A stretch of DNA of 64,000 bases from a virus. Below the pieces are notes generated by a model. It was given only the letters and a program-made list of their open reading frames with translations, had not been told where the DNA came from and did not search any database. Position numbers and translations under genes: made by a program. The DNA lies in the IMG/VR virus record IMGVR_UViG_3300042330_000854, positions 32,001 through 96,000 of that record; one strand, written 5' to 3'. Shown here piece by piece: positions 61,792 through 64,000 of the stretch (within the stretch, counting starts at the first letter, position 1; each line of letters opens with the position of its first letter).

Positions 61792-62240
61792 TGATTAAAC
61801 AAAACTTATCAGGAACTACATTAGATACATTTCAAATAGGAAAAAACGGCCCTACAATGCGTTGGGGATTAATAATGCCTGTTACATTATTTAATGATGG
61901 CGATTATTATTTTAAAACCGCTTATCCTCAAGGATTATATCAACAAATTGATAATTCTTGGAAATTAATTGGTGCAAATTATTCAATTGAAGTTCCGGTT
62001 AATTTTGGAACTAATAAACATTTTGTAAAAACAACCGTTAGTGTTGATTGGGCTGAATTTGTTTCCGATATTTTTGTTTCCGATATTTATGTTGGTAATT
62101 CTAGTAAATCAGCCGAAGATTTGTTATTAGAACAAATCTCATTTAAAATAACAAATATTACCAATACGGGTTTTGATTTGTTGGCTTATGCGCCAACTGG
62201 AACTTTTGGTATTTTTAATTTAATTATAAGAGGAAAATAA
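61791..62240 (+). CDS. Probable tail/structural protein
   Basis: GTT..FQIGK.G start; 15-bp duplication at 62058-62087. Confidence 0.6.
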   Translation: MIKQNLSGTTLDTFQIGKNGPTMRWGLIMPVTLFNDGDYYFKTAYPQGLYQQIDNSWKLIGANYSIEVPVNFGTNKHFVKTTVSVDWAEFVSDIFVSDIYVGNSSKSAEDLLLEQISFKITNITNTGFDLLAYAPTGTFGIFNLIIRGK

Positions 62241-62241
62241 A

Positions 62242-63669
62242 ATGTCAATTCAAGTTGAAAATGGAAGTACCAATGCTCAATTAACTATTACCAATGGTGC
62301 TGCAAATATTAAAGATGTAACACCAAGAGAGGCGGGATTTTCAGCTTTAATAGCAGAAAGCGATGCTGGTACGGTTACTGGAACAAGAAAACTTCGTGAA
62401 TTAGAAGCAAGTGAGGATTTTCGTTTACGTGTTGGTGTAGATAGCATCTTATGGCAAGATGCTTTTCATTATAGTTCAGTTAATGCGCGTCGTTATCGTA
62501 TAGTTAATTCTGGTATGACTATTATTCAAGCAGGCGGTTTTTTAATTCTTAATTCCAATAACTCAGTTACTGCTAATCAATTTGTTAATTTAAGAACTGC
62601 TCGAACATTTCCAATTTTTGGTTCGTACTCTCTTTATTGCCAATTTGACGCATTGGTTATTAATTCGGCTGCTTCAAATGTATTTGGTGAAGTAGGACTT
62701 GGTTATTCTACTCAGGGTAATGTCCCTACAGATGGCGCATTTTTTCGTTGGGGTATAAACGGAACCTTAAAAGGTGTAGTTGTTAATAATAACGTGGCAG
62801 TTGAAACTGCCGAAATAACACTGCCTCCTGATAATGAAACTCATCAATATCTTATTGTTGTTGGTGATAAAAGTGTTCATTTTTGGATTGATCAAGTTTT
62901 AGTTGGAACAATTGAATTATTGGTTAACGTTAGTGGCGCAGGATCAGTACTAATCGCCGAACAACCATTTATGGCTCGTATGTTCGTTAACGGCGTACCA
63001 ACTGCTGCAAAACGTATTCAGATTGCTAATCTTAATATTTCTTTAGGTGACGCCAACATCACCCGCTCATGGGCTACTACAATGGCTGGAATGGAACTAG
63101 GTAGTTATCAAAGTATTCCTGGGGCTGCTGCTACACAAACTGCACAATGGGCAAATAGTGCGGCTCCTGCAAACGCCACATTATCAAATACAGCAGCAGG
63201 TTATACTACATTGGGTGGTCAATTTTCTTTTGCAGCGGTTGCTGGTGCAGAAACAGATTATGCTCTTTTTGCTTTCCAAATTCCAGTAGGTTCAGTAGCA
63301 CAACCAGGAAAAAATTTAATTATTAGAAATATTCGTATTGATACATTTAATACCGGGGCAGCAGTAGCAACTACCGGCCATGTTTTAATGTGGGCATTGG
63401 GTGTTGGATCAACTCTGGCTAACTTGGCTACCGTAGATAATGGAAATACTGGCGTCACCTCGCCAGTTAGGATACCTCTTGGCGTCCAATCAATGCCTGT
63501 TGGCGCGGCTATTGGTTATCGTGCAGAAACTATTGACGTTAATTTAGATGCTGCTGTTTATGTGCCAAATGGTACATTCGTTCATGTCATATTGCGTATG
63601 CCAATTGCAACTGCAACTGCTTCTCAAGTAATAAGAGGAATTGTTCATATAAATGGATTTTATGAATAA
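62242..63669 (+). CDS. Probable virion protein with lectin/LamG-like beta-sandwich
   Basis: DGAFFR, H.Y.I..V.FWID..LV; A/G/T-rich. Confidence 0.65.
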   Translation: MSIQVENGSTNAQLTITNGAANIKDVTPREAGFSALIAESDAGTVTGTRKLRELEASEDFRLRVGVDSILWQDAFHYSSVNARRYRIVNSGMTIIQAGGFLILNSNNSVTANQFVNLRTARTFPIFGSYSLYCQFDALVINSAASNVFGEVGLGYSTQGNVPTDGAFFRWGINGTLKGVVVNNNVAVETAEITLPPDNETHQYLIVVGDKSVHFWIDQVLVGTIELLVNVSGAGSVLIAEQPFMARMFVNGVPTAAKRIQIANLNISLGDANITRSWATTMAGMELGSYQSIPGAAATQTAQWANSAAPANATLSNTAAGYTTLGGQFSFAAVAGAETDYALFAFQIPVGSVAQPGKNLIIRNIRIDTFNTGAAVATTGHVLMWALGVGSTLANLATVDNGNTGVTSPVRIPLGVQSMPVGAAIGYRAETIDVNLDAAVYVPNGTFVHVILRMPIATATASQVIRGIVHINGFYE

Positions 63670-63699
63670 AAAAAGGGAGAATTAATTCTCCCTTTTTTT
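63668..63699. terminator. Bidirectional intrinsic terminator
   Basis: AAAAAAGGGAGAAT/ATTCTCCCTTTTTT. Confidence 0.85.
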
Positions 63700-64000
63700 A
63701 TAATTTGTTTTTACATTGAATGATCATATGATTAATCGCCATATGAACGATTTCACGATGATTAATTTTTTCTTCATCATTTTTAATGTCAATTGTTTGT
63801 TTTTCTTTATCAATAAAAACAGTTGCAATTGTTTTTGATTTATAATTAGTGCCTCTTGTTAATAGACTAATATCAAATGATGTATAATATGGATCACGAG
63901 GACTGCTACTCAAATATATAGGTTCTCGTGTATTTTTATACCAGTAATTGCCAATTTTATAATATGAAGAGCGACTACTAAAATCGCGCGCATTACTTCT
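63698..64000 (-). CDS. Hypothetical protein, 5' end outside the window
   Basis: Frame open to position 64000. Confidence 0.6.
   Translation of the reverse strand, partial: RSNARDFSSRSSYYKIGNYWYKNTREPIYLSSSPRDPYYTSFDISLLTRGTNYKSKTIATVFIDKEKQTIDIKNDEEKINHREIVHMAINHMIIQCKNKL

Noticed and set aside
5177-63458. Antisense or nested short ORFs (e.g. 5177, 6392, 9411, 15066, 16891, 18455, 32026, 35354, 39956, 41330, 43762, 45184, 54666, 63258)
   Set aside because: Lie within better-supported genes on the other strand or frame.
1-64000. Stop-codon recoding
   Set aside because: Long core genes are uninterrupted in the standard code and no CTA/TCA/TTA-anticodon tRNA was found.

Overview
Segment of a very AT-rich jumbo myophage genome (T4-like/Rak2-like core genes, standard genetic code, no suppressor tRNA seen). 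Positions 1-17.3 kb form a + strand tRNA/ncRNA island. It holds 17 intact-looking tRNAs (many with non-canonical T-loops or odd arm lengths), one tRNA-Leu with a 65-nt anticodon-loop insert, one tRNA-Ser broken by a homing endonuclease and several tRNA fragments. It also holds more than a dozen promoter-driven structured non-tRNA RNAs, including a 5-copy family that displays anticodon-loop mimics. Island ORFs include a stand-alone class II aaRS core, a TrpF-like protein, a CI-2-like protease inhibitor and an antitoxin-like peptide. Positions 17.3-64 kb mix core genes (helicase, primase, clamp-loader subunit, rIIA, tail sheath, baseplate wedge, both halves of a split minimal DnaE) with accessory genes (Csx16-type ring nuclease, bS21, M15 endolysin, RNA ligase, amidoligase, ABC substrate-binding protein, DNA MTase, NucA-like nuclease). 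About 18 dispersed paralogues of one HRLTGPA-motif family carry two interchangeable C-terminal tails and are often followed by one stereotyped strong promoter. All product calls are from motif recognition by eye; no database search was run.
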